Part shown: in pieces, positions 11,515 to 20,997 of the stretch | Numbering within the stretch: position 1 is the stretch's first letter | Layout of the letters: the number at the start of each line of letters is the position of its first letter | NCBI GenBank assembly: GCA_965197795.1 | Contig: OZ240228.1 | Location: forward strand, 2,893,177-2,957,176 | Direction: 5' to 3' | Origin: Dehalococcoidia bacterium | GTDB taxonomy: Bacteria > Chloroflexota > Dehalococcoidia > DSTF01 > WHTK01 | Length of the DNA stretch: 64,000 nt | The notes under the pieces: generated by a model | Database searches by the model: none | What the model was told of the DNA's origin: nothing | The model's input: the letters and a program-made list of their open reading frames with translations, nothing else | Translations under genes and position numbers: made by a program

Positions 11515-12849
11515 GTGCTTCACAAGGACGACAACGAGACGCTTTGCCGGGTAGGACCCGGGACGCCCATGGGCGAACTTCTGCGACAGTACTGGTTCCC
11601 GGCAATCCCATCCTTCGAATTGCCCAGTCCGGATTCTCCGCCCAAGAAGGTCCGCCTGCTGGGCGAGGACCTGGTCGCATTCCGCGACACAAACGGGGAG
11701 GTCGGGCTATTCCAGCAATCCTGCCCGCACCGCGGCGCTTCCCTCTTCTTCGGCCGCAACGAGGAGGCAGGCCTGCGATGCGTCTATCACGGTTGGAAGT
11801 TCGACGTGGACGGTACCTGCGTTGACATGCCGTCTGAGCCGACCGAGAGCAACTTCAAGTCCAAGGTACACGTCCGTGCCTACCAGGCGCGCGACGTCAA
11901 CCGCATGATCTGGGTTTACATGGGACCGAGGGAGACACCGCCGCCGTTCCCCGAGTTCGACATTGCGACGCTGCCGATCGAGCACGTCACCGAGCCGCGC
12001 CTGATGATGGAGGAGTCGAACTGGTTCCAGAACCTCGAAGGCGACATCGACTCGGTACACATCGACTACCTTCACGCCCGGCTGCAAGAGGACAAGCCGA
12101 TGGCGGACGGCATCCGCGGCTTCTACACGCGCGACCGGGCGCCGAAGTTTGACGTCGTCGAGACGAACTACGGCGCGTTTTACTCGGCTCGACGGGAATG
12201 GGACGACGGCGGCAACGAATGGCACCGCATCTCCCAGCTGATACTTCCCTTCCACACGATGATCGCGGCCAGCACGGCGGATCGAGTCAGCCTCCGGTCG
12301 TGGGTCCCGATCGACGACCACTACACACTACAGATCGTGCAGATGGGGAGCCTCAAGGGCTCGTTATCGCCGGAAGAGCGTGACGGGCCGCTGAACATCT
12401 TCGACATCGCCGGCGGCCTGCTGCCGGAGACGAGCGATCCTCGGTCCCGCTATTTCACCGTCGCCAACAAGCGCAACGACTTCAACCGCGACTTCGAGCT
12501 GGAGAAGACGCTTCAGTTCTGCGGCATCCTGTTCGCCGGCAACCTGCAGGACCGCGCCATGACCGAACTCATGTGCAATGAGGACGGCATTGAGCCGATC
12601 TACGACCGTTCAAAAGAGCACCTGGGCACGACGGACGGAATGGTCATCCGCTCGCGCCGGCTCTACATCAACGCCGCGCGAGCCCTGCGGAACGAAGGCG
12701 TCTTGCCCTCGAACGTCGACCACCCGAGGGTCGGCGCCGTCAGGTCCGCCTCCATCGTTCTGCCACCGGGGGCGAACTGGGTCGAAGCGACGGAGGAGGC
12801 TCGCAGCGTGTACGGCGGGGTCGAGGTAGCCTACGTGACGCCGACGTGA
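11515..12849 (+). CDS. Rieske non-heme iron oxygenase alpha subunit
   Basis: CPHRGASL...CVYHGW; EGDIDSVHIDYLH; LQDRAM; SD GAGGAGG before GTG. Confidence 0.92.
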   Translation: MLHKDDNETLCRVGPGTPMGELLRQYWFPAIPSFELPSPDSPPKKVRLLGEDLVAFRDTNGEVGLFQQSCPHRGASLFFGRNEEAGLRCVYHGWKFDVDGTCVDMPSEPTESNFKSKVHVRAYQARDVNRMIWVYMGPRETPPPFPEFDIATLPIEHVTEPRLMMEESNWFQNLEGDIDSVHIDYLHARLQEDKPMADGIRGFYTRDRAPKFDVVETNYGAFYSARREWDDGGNEWHRISQLILPFHTMIAASTADRVSLRSWVPIDDHYTLQIVQMGSLKGSLSPEERDGPLNIFDIAGGLLPETSDPRSRYFTVANKRNDFNRDFELEKTLQFCGILFAGNLQDRAMTELMCNEDGIEPIYDRSKEHLGTTDGMVIRSRRLYINAARALRNEGVLPSNVDHPRVGAVRSASIVLPPGANWVEATEEARSVYGGVEVAYVTPT

Positions 12850-12878
12850 CCACAAGCTGCACCGGCTGAGTCAGTAGC

Positions 12879-13709
12879 TTGCAAATCGCTGTCTTCACCA
12901 AGAACTGGCTGAATCCAGCCTATGAAGGCGCTCGGATGGGTGCCGACCGGGCAGCAGCCCGGTTCGGCGCGACGACGCAGCACCACGTGCCGGAGACTCC
13001 GGACGATCCGGAACAGCAGAGCGCCCTGATCGAGCAGGCGCTCTCGCAGCGTCCTGACGCCGTCGTCCTGGTGCCGGCGCACCCGACTCGCGTCAACCAG
13101 GCGATTCGTGCGATTAACGACAGCGGCGTCCCGCTCATCGCTCTGGTCAATCGCTTCACCGAGGGCCGCTACGTTTCATTCGTCGGCTCCGACGACTATC
13201 AGCCCGCCGGGAGGGTCGCACGGTACGTCTACGATCGCTTGGCGGGCACCGGCAATGTCGTCCTGGTCGAGGGCCCGCCTGACTCCGTCACGAACGGGCT
13301 GCGCGTCAGCGCATTTCGGGACGCCGCTGCCGATTACCCGGGCGTGACGATCGTAGGCTCGTGCCAAGGCGCCTTCCTGCGTGAGCCGGCCAGAGCAGCA
13401 ACGACTGGTCTACTGGCCCAGCTCCCCCGAGTCGACGCCATCCTGGCGGCCAACGACAGCATGGCTCTGGGAGCGCTCGACGCGCTCGACGCGGCCGGGC
13501 GCAGCTGCCTGGTGGCGGGAATCAACGCGGTCCCCGAGGCGATCGAGGCGATCAAGTCCGGCAGGATGGCGGCCACAGCCGACTTCAGCGCGATGAACAT
13601 GGCATACGTCGCGACGGAGTGCGCTGTCCGGCATCTGCGCGGAGAATCCGTGCCGGATGAAATCATGCTCCCGGTTCAAGTCATCGACCGGCAGAACTGC
13701 TCACTCTGA
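12879..13709 (+). CDS. RbsB/LacI-type sugar-binding protein without signal peptide
   Basis: FVGSDDY, ILAANDSMALGA and EAIKSGRMAAT class I periplasmic-binding-protein motifs; begins directly at the first strand IAVFTKN. Confidence 0.8.
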   Translation: MQIAVFTKNWLNPAYEGARMGADRAAARFGATTQHHVPETPDDPEQQSALIEQALSQRPDAVVLVPAHPTRVNQAIRAINDSGVPLIALVNRFTEGRYVSFVGSDDYQPAGRVARYVYDRLAGTGNVVLVEGPPDSVTNGLRVSAFRDAAADYPGVTIVGSCQGAFLREPARAATTGLLAQLPRVDAILAANDSMALGALDALDAAGRSCLVAGINAVPEAIEAIKSGRMAATADFSAMNMAYVATECAVRHLRGESVPDEIMLPVQVIDRQNCSL

Positions 13710-13850
13710 GACGGGCCTTTCTCAGCCAGGGTCTGTCCGGACTGGCACGAGGTTACCTAGTGTTTGGCATGGTTCGTCCGGGAACAAGGCGCATCATGAC
13801 AAACGAATCGAGGAGATAGTCGACCCCGCGCAGCAAGGAGGACGATTGCG

Positions 13851-14456
13851 ATGTTTTTACTGAACGAGATCCTGGTCTTTTCCCGGGGCCGCCGGCAGGA
13901 AGCTCTGGATAGGCTGACCTGGATTCACGGCCTCATGGCGAAGCAGCCGGGATTTCAGCGCGCCTACGTCGCCAAGTTCCTCGGTGACCCGGTCACCCAC
14001 ACGATCCTGCGCGTCTGGGAGGACGAGGAAGCGTATCTGACCTTCCGGCAGACACCGGACGGCAACTACGGCCGCGGCCGCCCAGAAGGTCTCTACGTCA
14101 ACGAAAAAGTGATCTCCCAGTGGCTCAGCACCAAGGAAGCTGCCGGCGTGGAGAGCGGTGACTTCCTGGTGAAGACGGACTGGGAGGTGCCCGAAGCTGC
14201 CTGGCCGGCCTTCAACGAAGGCGAGCGGCGCATGGAGGAGATCGAGATGTCCTTTGGCTTGCTTGGTGTCAAGGAGTTTCGAGCCAAGGAGGACAACGTC
14301 GCCTTGACGATCGGCCGGTTCCCAAGCCGTGTCGAACTCGAGATGCTCCTGGAGAGCAAGAAGGTCAACGCAGAGCGCGAGCGCTTGCCCGAGGGCGTCA
14401 ACCGCATCTCGTCGCTTTGCTACGAGATTGTCACCGAGGTGACGCCGGCAACCTGA
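13851..14456 (+). CDS. antibiotic biosynthesis monooxygenase (ABM) fold protein, apparently tandem domains
   Basis: MAKQPGF...LRVWEDEEAY ABM signature; second half has a similar ferredoxin-like pattern; SD AAGGAGG. Confidence 0.7.
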   Translation: MFLLNEILVFSRGRRQEALDRLTWIHGLMAKQPGFQRAYVAKFLGDPVTHTILRVWEDEEAYLTFRQTPDGNYGRGRPEGLYVNEKVISQWLSTKEAAGVESGDFLVKTDWEVPEAAWPAFNEGERRMEEIEMSFGLLGVKEFRAKEDNVALTIGRFPSRVELEMLLESKKVNAERERLPEGVNRISSLCYEIVTEVTPAT

Positions 14457-14620
14457 CGATCTCCGCGGTTCTGGCGGCGCTGCGGTCGCCAATGCCGTTG
14501 AGATATGACACGAACAAAGGCCATGACTACTCGCGCTGACACTATTCGCGATGGTGAGGGAGTTCGTTGGCCTAGACCCATGACATCTATCGAACTCGGG
14601 AACATCGAGGAGGAACTCTA

Positions 14621-15565
14621 ATGATTATTGTCACGGGTGGCATGGGCTTTATCGGCATGCACACGGTACGGGCGCTGCGGAACGCCGGGGAGAGCGTCGT
14701 CCCGACGTCTCACAGGGCCTGGCGTATCCCTGAGATCTGGCAGGATGAAGTGGGCAAGCGGGTGTTCCCGGAGATGTTGGACGTAAACAGCGCCCACGAC
14801 GCCACAGAGCTCGCCCGCAAGCACAAGCCGAAAGCGATCATTCACCTCGCCGGCCCGCCCTTCGCCGGGACGACCCCGGCCGGTGACTACGCCACCAACA
14901 TGATGGGGCTGCTCAACCTCCTGGAGGCCGCGCGGGTCAACGAGGTGGGACGATTCGTTTACGCGAGCTCCAACTCGGTGTACGGCGGCATCAGCGCAGG
15001 TCCCTACCATGAGGAGATGATGTTTCCACCCAGCTCGACCAACGCGATCAGCGCCTACAAGAAGGCCGCGGAAATCGTGATGTTTCATTACGCCGATAGA
15101 GCAGGGCTCAGCGTCGCAGCGTTGCGTCCGCCGGCGGTGTACGGACCGATGTACTACTCGCTGTTCAACGTGATGAGCCGGGTGTGTCACGCCGCGGTGA
15201 AGGGTACGGAGCCAGATTACGGCCCCGCGGGCGTTCCCTACGAAGGCGACCACCAGGACATGGCTTACGTAAAAGACGTTGCCGAGATATTCACAAGGGC
15301 AGCCCTGCAGCCGGAGCTAAAGCACCGAATATACAACTGCGGCTCGGGCCAACCCGCGACCATCGGGCAGCTGATAAACGCGGCGAAGGCCGTCGTTCCC
15401 GATGCCAGGCTGGCCGCCGGCTCGGCGCCGGGGCCGAACAGCCGCGGCGAGGACAACTATCTGAGCATGGCCCGCGTCAAAGAGGACCTCGGCTACGTTC
15501 CGCAGTACGACGTGACACGCGGCATCACCGAATACATCGAGTGGCTGCAGTCACACCCGCTATAG
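14621..15565 (+). CDS. NAD-dependent epimerase/dehydratase (extended SDR)
   Basis: TGGMGFIG, ASSNSVYG and YKKAAE region. Confidence 0.88.
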   Translation: MIIVTGGMGFIGMHTVRALRNAGESVVPTSHRAWRIPEIWQDEVGKRVFPEMLDVNSAHDATELARKHKPKAIIHLAGPPFAGTTPAGDYATNMMGLLNLLEAARVNEVGRFVYASSNSVYGGISAGPYHEEMMFPPSSTNAISAYKKAAEIVMFHYADRAGLSVAALRPPAVYGPMYYSLFNVMSRVCHAAVKGTEPDYGPAGVPYEGDHQDMAYVKDVAEIFTRAALQPELKHRIYNCGSGQPATIGQLINAAKAVVPDARLAAGSAPGPNSRGEDNYLSMARVKEDLGYVPQYDVTRGITEYIEWLQSHPL

Positions 15566-15604
15566 GACGCACTACGGCCGTGGGGTCATGCTGGAAGCGT
15601 CCCT

Positions 15605-17278
15605 CTAACTGACGGTCAGTTCCGGCAGGCTGGAGGCCGGCACGGGCTGCCCGGAGAAGCTAAACCCCTCGTAGCCCTTGGCGGCAATCTCGTTGCACAA
15701 GCGGGAGTACGTGTGCACGCCGCCGACGTACGGCATGAAGATACGCGGCTTGCCGGGAATGTTGGCGCCCATGTACCAGGAGTTCGCCCGCGGGTAGAGC
15801 GTGGAGTTGGCCACTTCATCGTTATGCGTAACCCAGTGGTCTTCCGCCTCCTGGTCGGCGTCAACGCGCGTGTGGCCCTGGCTCTGCATGTGCTTGAGGC
15901 AACCAGTGATGAAGTTCACGTGCTGTTCGATGGAGAGGATCATCTGGCTCTTGACTCCGGGGCTTTGCGGACCCGTGACCATGAAGAGGTTCGGAAAGCC
16001 GGCCATCATGATACCGAGATAGGTGTGGGGGCCGTCGGCCCACTTGCTCTGAATATCGGCTCCACCGTCGGTGCGGATGTCGATTTCGCGCAGCGCTCCC
16101 GTCATGGCGTCGAAGCCCGTCGCGAAGACGATGGCGTCCAGCTCGTAGCTCGCCTCGGCGGTTTGCAGCCCGGTCGGCGTAACGCATTCGATCGGCGCGC
16201 TGCGGGCGTCGACCAGCGTCAGGTTGTCCTGATTGAAGACCTCGTAGTAGTTCGTGTCGAGGATCAAGCGCTTCGTGCCGATGGGATGGTCCGTCGGGCA
16301 CAGTAGCTCGGCCGTGCGGGGATCGTTGACCGTCTCTCGAATCCGCTTGCGGACGAACTCGGCAGCGGTTTCGTTGGCTTCCGCGTTGAGCAGAAGATCC
16401 GTGTAGCTGTAGAGGAAGCTGATGCTCCCACCCTGCTGCCATTTGGCCGCATAGGTGGCTTCCCGTTCTTCCGGTGTCGCCTCGAGCGCGCTCTGGGCCG
16501 GAGCAGGGTGGCCGGCGATGCCAAACGGCGTGTCGTAAGCGGCTTTGCGCCGCTCGCGGTACTCCGCCTTGTGATTTCGCTCTCGCTCCGGGTCCATCGG
16601 GTTGTTTCGCGCCGGCAGGATATAGTTCGCGGTGCGCTGGAAAACATGCAGGTGCTTGGCCTGCCGGGCAATGTGCGGAATGCTCTGCACCCCCGACGAC
16701 CCGGTGCCGATGATGCCAACTCGCTTGCCGCTGAAATCGACGCCCTCGTGCGGCCAGAGGCCGGTGTGATACCACTCGCCCCGGAAGCTGGAAAGGCCCG
16801 CCAGGTCGGGTACCCGCGGGGTCGAAAGGTTTCCCGTCGCCATCACAACGTACGGCGCACTCAGGCTGTCCCCTTTGTCGGTCGTGATCTTCCACAGGTT
16901 GCTTGCGCTGTCGAACAGGGCGGTCGCCACGCGGGTGTCGAAGGTGATGTCCTTGCGAAGGTCGAAGCGGTCCGTGACGTGCTCGAGATACTCGAGGATC
17001 TGCGGCTGCGTACCGTAGCGGTCCGGCCACTTCCAGTCCTGCTCCAGCTCCGGTGAGAAAGAGAACGAGTACTCCAGGCTCTCGATATCGCAGCGACAGC
17101 CTGGATAACGGTTCCAGAACCAGGTGCCGCCGGGCCCGCTGGCCGCCTCGAAGGCGTGCGCCTTGAGACCCAACTCCCGCATCTTGTAAAGCGTGTAGAG
17201 TCCGGCGATGCCACCTCCGACGACGATCACATCGAGATCGGCATCGGGCGCGTTGCGGGCGGACGAGTCAGAGTTCAT
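15605..17278 (-). CDS. type I Baeyer-Villiger monooxygenase
   Basis: Fingerprints FRGEWYHTGLWP (FxGxxxHxxxWP) and GGTWFWNRYPG; two Rossmann motifs; GTKR; ATGF. Confidence 0.94.
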   Translation of the reverse strand: MNSDSSARNAPDADLDVIVVGGGIAGLYTLYKMRELGLKAHAFEAASGPGGTWFWNRYPGCRCDIESLEYSFSFSPELEQDWKWPDRYGTQPQILEYLEHVTDRFDLRKDITFDTRVATALFDSASNLWKITTDKGDSLSAPYVVMATGNLSTPRVPDLAGLSSFRGEWYHTGLWPHEGVDFSGKRVGIIGTGSSGVQSIPHIARQAKHLHVFQRTANYILPARNNPMDPERERNHKAEYRERRKAAYDTPFGIAGHPAPAQSALEATPEEREATYAAKWQQGGSISFLYSYTDLLLNAEANETAAEFVRKRIRETVNDPRTAELLCPTDHPIGTKRLILDTNYYEVFNQDNLTLVDARSAPIECVTPTGLQTAEASYELDAIVFATGFDAMTGALREIDIRTDGGADIQSKWADGPHTYLGIMMAGFPNLFMVTGPQSPGVKSQMILSIEQHVNFITGCLKHMQSQGHTRVDADQEAEDHWVTHNDEVANSTLYPRANSWYMGANIPGKPRIFMPYVGGVHTYSRLCNEIAAKGYEGFSFSGQPVPASSLPELTVS

Positions 17279-17533
17279 CGCTATTTCCTCCCTGGATCGT
17301 CACGCTAGGCGGGCCTGGCGGACGACAGTCAAGAGAAATGAATGCGTCACTGATTGCGCGTTTCCATTCGTACAGTAGATCGTTGCCGGGATTACCGCTA
17401 CATGGCAAGTCCGTCATCTGATTGTCTCGAGTGCTGCGCAATGCGTACATGGTGCGTTAGCATTGAGTCCACCACAATTGGATGAGCTTCGAGCAGCCGA
17501 TAGCGAAAGCTCGTACAACAGGAGCAAGAACAG

Positions 17534-18769
17534 ATGCTTAGCGAGTCAGAGAACACGGCCCTGATGCAGGTTGGAGCGGGTACCTTGATGGGCGAGCTCC
17601 TACGGCGTTACTGGATGCCTGTGGCAGCGGTTGCTGAGCTAGACGACAACCCGACGAAGCCGATTCGTCTCATGGGTGAGGATCTCGTCATCTATAAGGA
17701 CAAGAGCGGCACCTACGGCCTGATTGACCTGCACTGCTCGCACCGCCGCGCCGACCTGTCCTACGGCATGGTCGAGGACTGCGGCCTGCGCTGCAACTAC
17801 CACGGCTGGGCCTACGACGAATCGGGTGCCTGCATCGACCAACCGTTCGAAGAGACGGCGCACCCGGAGGCCAAGTACAAGGAACGCATCAGGATCAAGG
17901 CTTACAAGATCGAGCCCAAGGCGGGAATTCTCTGGGCCTATCTGGGACCCGATCCGGCGCCGCTGGTACCCGACTGGGAGTACTACCACGTCAACGGCTA
18001 CAAGCAGGTGATCATGTCCTACATCCCGTGCAACTGGATGCAGTGTCAGGAGAACTCGATCGACCCGGTGCACTTCGAATGGCTGCACGCGAATTGGGGT
18101 GGGCGCCTGGCCGGCAAAGAGGGCCTGTACGCGCCAAAACACCTCAAGCTGGGCTTCGACGAGTTCGAGCACGGCTTCGTCTACCGCCGTGTCAGAGAAG
18201 ACACTACGGAGGAGGACTCGCTCTGGACCTCGGGTCGAGTCTGCTTCTGGCCCAACGCCTTGTTCACCGGCTTTTTCGAATATCGCGTGCCGATCGACGA
18301 CTCCAACACGCTAAGCGTCGCGATCTTCAACAACCCGGTGCCGGGCGACGAGCCGTTCGAGCAGGGACGGATCCCCTACTGGTACTCGCCGAGCAAGGAT
18401 GAGAAGACCGGCCGCTGGATCACTAGCCACATCATGAACCAGGACTTCGTCGCCTGGGTCGGTCAGGGTCCCGTGGCGGACCGTACCCAGGAGCACCTCG
18501 GAGACAGCGATCGAGGCGTGATTCTGATGCGGCGCAAGATGCTCGACCAGGCCCAGCTCGTCGCCGATGGCGGTGAGCCCAAGGGACTCATTCGCGACCC
18601 GGCGAAGAACCACAGCATCCACCTGCCCCAGGTTGGCGGGGCACGAGAGGTCAACTTCGGCGATAAGGCTCCTACTGCGCCGCGCAATCGCCACCTCTAC
18701 GGTCAGCCGCAGGCGGTTTTGGACGAGATGGACCGCATCTGGGCCGAGCGAGCCAGAGCCCTGACATGA
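17534..18769 (+). CDS. Rieske non-heme iron oxygenase alpha subunit
   Basis: CSHRRADL...CNYHGW; ENSIDPVHFEWLH; NQDFVAW. Confidence 0.92.
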   Translation: MLSESENTALMQVGAGTLMGELLRRYWMPVAAVAELDDNPTKPIRLMGEDLVIYKDKSGTYGLIDLHCSHRRADLSYGMVEDCGLRCNYHGWAYDESGACIDQPFEETAHPEAKYKERIRIKAYKIEPKAGILWAYLGPDPAPLVPDWEYYHVNGYKQVIMSYIPCNWMQCQENSIDPVHFEWLHANWGGRLAGKEGLYAPKHLKLGFDEFEHGFVYRRVREDTTEEDSLWTSGRVCFWPNALFTGFFEYRVPIDDSNTLSVAIFNNPVPGDEPFEQGRIPYWYSPSKDEKTGRWITSHIMNQDFVAWVGQGPVADRTQEHLGDSDRGVILMRRKMLDQAQLVADGGEPKGLIRDPAKNHSIHLPQVGGAREVNFGDKAPTAPRNRHLYGQPQAVLDEMDRIWAERARALT

Positions 18770-18784
18770 TTCGCGAGGCTAGAC

Positions 18785-19867
18785 CTATACGGTCGTGTCC
18801 GCGGTCGCCCGGCGTACCTGAGGCAGAACCTCTGAAGCGAACAGGTTCATTGATCGTCTGACCTTCTCGGTTGCCATTCCGCCGAAGTTCATCCAGCAGA
18901 TCAGCTCGCCCACGCCGTGGCCCTGGAGCTCGGCGACCTTGCGGCCGACGGTCTCTGGCGAGCCGATGATGAGCGGCCCATCGACGAGCTTGTCGAAATC
19001 GAGAACGGCGAGCCGCTGCCGCATGCGCTCGGCGTCGGCGTAGGTTGCCTCCGGCAGGCCTTTGATGCCATCGGGGCGCAGAGAGCGAATGAACGCGTCT
19101 GTGTACCAGCGCTCTGCCGGCTCGGCGTCGGCCCTAGCTTCGGCATCGGTCGGCGCGACGTAGACGTGCTTGGTTACGCCCCAACGGTAGAGCAAAGCGC
19201 GGGCAACTTCGGGCGGTTGGCTGGCGGCCAGCGCCTCCGCGTAGAGCTCGCGCTGCTTCAACGTGTCCGCGAGCGGCGTTGTCAGGCCTGAGTTCAACAG
19301 CTGAAAGCCGTTGCGAGCCGTCCAGGCCACGCTTTCCGGCGAGGTCGCGGCCACCGCGACGGGTGGGTGTGGTTTGGTTAGCGGCTTCGGCAGGACAGAG
19401 ATGCCGTCGAAGCTCCAATGCTTGCCACTGTGGGTCACGCTATCCTGCGTCCAGGCTTGCAGCAGGACCTCCGTGCCCTCCTCGAGGCGTGACCGGCTCG
19501 TCTGCTGGTCGACCATATGGCCGGCATACTCACGCGGCCGATTGCCTCGCCCGATGCCGACCGTGAGCCTGCCGCCGGAGAGAATGTCCAGGTTCGCCGT
19601 TTCCTCGGCCAGGTGCAGCGGGTTATGGAAGGGCAGCACATACACCGCCATCCCGAGCTGCACTCGTCGCGTCCGGGCGGCAAGCGTCGCCAGCAGGACG
19701 CCGGGCGCCGACGAAAGGCCGTAGTCGGCGTAGTGGTGCTCGGTCAGCCAGATCGAATCGAAGCCAAGCTCCTCGCTGAGGACCATCTGCTCGACTTCTT
19801 CCAGGATGATCTCGGCTTCGCTGCGACCCGGCGGCGACTGGATGAAGAAGTAGGTGCCGACCTTCAA
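18785..19867 (-). CDS. LLM class flavin-dependent oxidoreductase (luciferase alpha-like)
   Basis: GFDSIWLTEHH, HNPLHLAEE, DILSGGRL and PKPLTKPHPP motifs; TTG start behind GGGAGG. Confidence 0.9.
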   Translation of the reverse strand: MKVGTYFFIQSPPGRSEAEIILEEVEQMVLSEELGFDSIWLTEHHYADYGLSSAPGVLLATLAARTRRVQLGMAVYVLPFHNPLHLAEETANLDILSGGRLTVGIGRGNRPREYAGHMVDQQTSRSRLEEGTEVLLQAWTQDSVTHSGKHWSFDGISVLPKPLTKPHPPVAVAATSPESVAWTARNGFQLLNSGLTTPLADTLKQRELYAEALAASQPPEVARALLYRWGVTKHVYVAPTDAEARADAEPAERWYTDAFIRSLRPDGIKGLPEATYADAERMRQRLAVLDFDKLVDGPLIIGSPETVGRKVAELQGHGVGELICWMNFGGMATEKVRRSMNLFASEVLPQVRRATADTTV

Positions 19868-19950
19868 CGAAGCCTCCCGTAATTAAAGCCCTTCGCCTGC
19901 CGAGTTCGCGGGCAGGTCTCATGACCGCTATTCGCGAACCAACGTACGCA

Positions 19951-19963
19951 AGGATAACGTCGC
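19951..19963. repeat. 13-bp direct repeat, copy 1 (AGGATAACGTCGC)
   Basis: Identical to 24359-24371; both copies intergenic. Confidence 0.7.
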
Positions 19964-20102
19964 ATACCTCGACAAGCGAGAGCATCGTGGGCAAGATCGG
20001 CCAGCTTCTGACCGATCCGGCGGTTTAACCAGGGCGTCGCACCACGCGCGCTAGCCCGCCCAGGGCAGGGCGCGCGGCCACGGCTGCCCTTCATACGCAG
20101 CT

Positions 20103-20960
20103 TTACGGCGCGAAAAACTGGTGCAGCTTCTGATACGTCTGGTCCGGCGCTTCTTCCTGAAGCATGTGCCCGCTATCGAGGGGTTCGCCGCGCACGTCGC
20201 CGGCCCATTCGCGCCACACGGAAAGCACGTCGAACCAGTGGCCGAGGCGCCCTTTGCCGCCCCAGAGCACGAGCAGAGGACACTCGATCTTGCGAACACC
20301 CTTGTCGGCCAAGTCGAGCTGATAGTCGTATGAGGCAGCGGCGCGATAGTCCTCGCACATGGCGTGTACGGTTTCAGGATTGAGACCGCAGCGCAGATAG
20401 TCCGCCGCGACTTCCGGGTCGGCTCCCGGTCGCGGCGGCCAGCGGTAGAAGGAGTCCGGATATGCCTCGATAAACTTCTCAGGCAGGGGCGCAGGTTGAG
20501 CCAGAAAGAAGAAATGCCAGGACCCGAGCGCGTAGGCCATATCGACTCGCTGGAAGGTGTCGCCCGTCGGAACGATATCCATGACGGCGAGCCGTGACAC
20601 TTTCTCCGGATGGTCCAGGGCCAGGCGGTAGCCGACCCGCCCGCCTCGATCGTGACCTGCCAGCGAGAACTGCTCGAAACCGAATCGAGCCATCAATTGC
20701 ACCATGTCACGCGCCATCGCCCGCTTCGAGTACGGTTCGTGGTCCGGCGTCGTCGGCGGCTTTGAACTTTCGCCGTAGCCGCGCAGGTCGGGGGCGATCA
20801 CCGTGAAGTCGCGAGCCAGCATCGGGGCCACCCTGTACCACGTGACGTGTGTCTGTGGCGCGCCGTGGAGGAGCAGAAGCGGTGGCCCGGACCCACCGTG
20901 GGTGACTCTCAGCGTAGCCTCATCGAGGCCGATCATCTCAGTCTGAAATCCCTCAAACAC
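20103..20960 (-). CDS. haloacetate/fluoroacetate dehalogenase-like alpha/beta hydrolase
   Basis: LLHGAPQT, YSKRAMA, GHDRGGRV (Asp nucleophile plus two Arg), CEDYRA, GHML; GTG start at 20960 behind GAAGGGG. Confidence 0.85.
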   Translation of the reverse strand: MFEGFQTEMIGLDEATLRVTHGGSGPPLLLLHGAPQTHVTWYRVAPMLARDFTVIAPDLRGYGESSKPPTTPDHEPYSKRAMARDMVQLMARFGFEQFSLAGHDRGGRVGYRLALDHPEKVSRLAVMDIVPTGDTFQRVDMAYALGSWHFFFLAQPAPLPEKFIEAYPDSFYRWPPRPGADPEVAADYLRCGLNPETVHAMCEDYRAAASYDYQLDLADKGVRKIECPLLVLWGGKGRLGHWFDVLSVWREWAGDVRGEPLDSGHMLQEEAPDQTYQKLHQFFAP

Positions 20961-20997
20961 CGCTTGATGCCCCCTTCTCGGCTGCCAGCCGATCACT

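Noticed and set aside
12846-12878. In-frame GTG...C-T-G-TGA upstream of the binding protein, suggesting a CxxU selenocysteine motif
   Set aside because: No convincing SECIS hairpin after the TGA and no redox-fold context; probably chance
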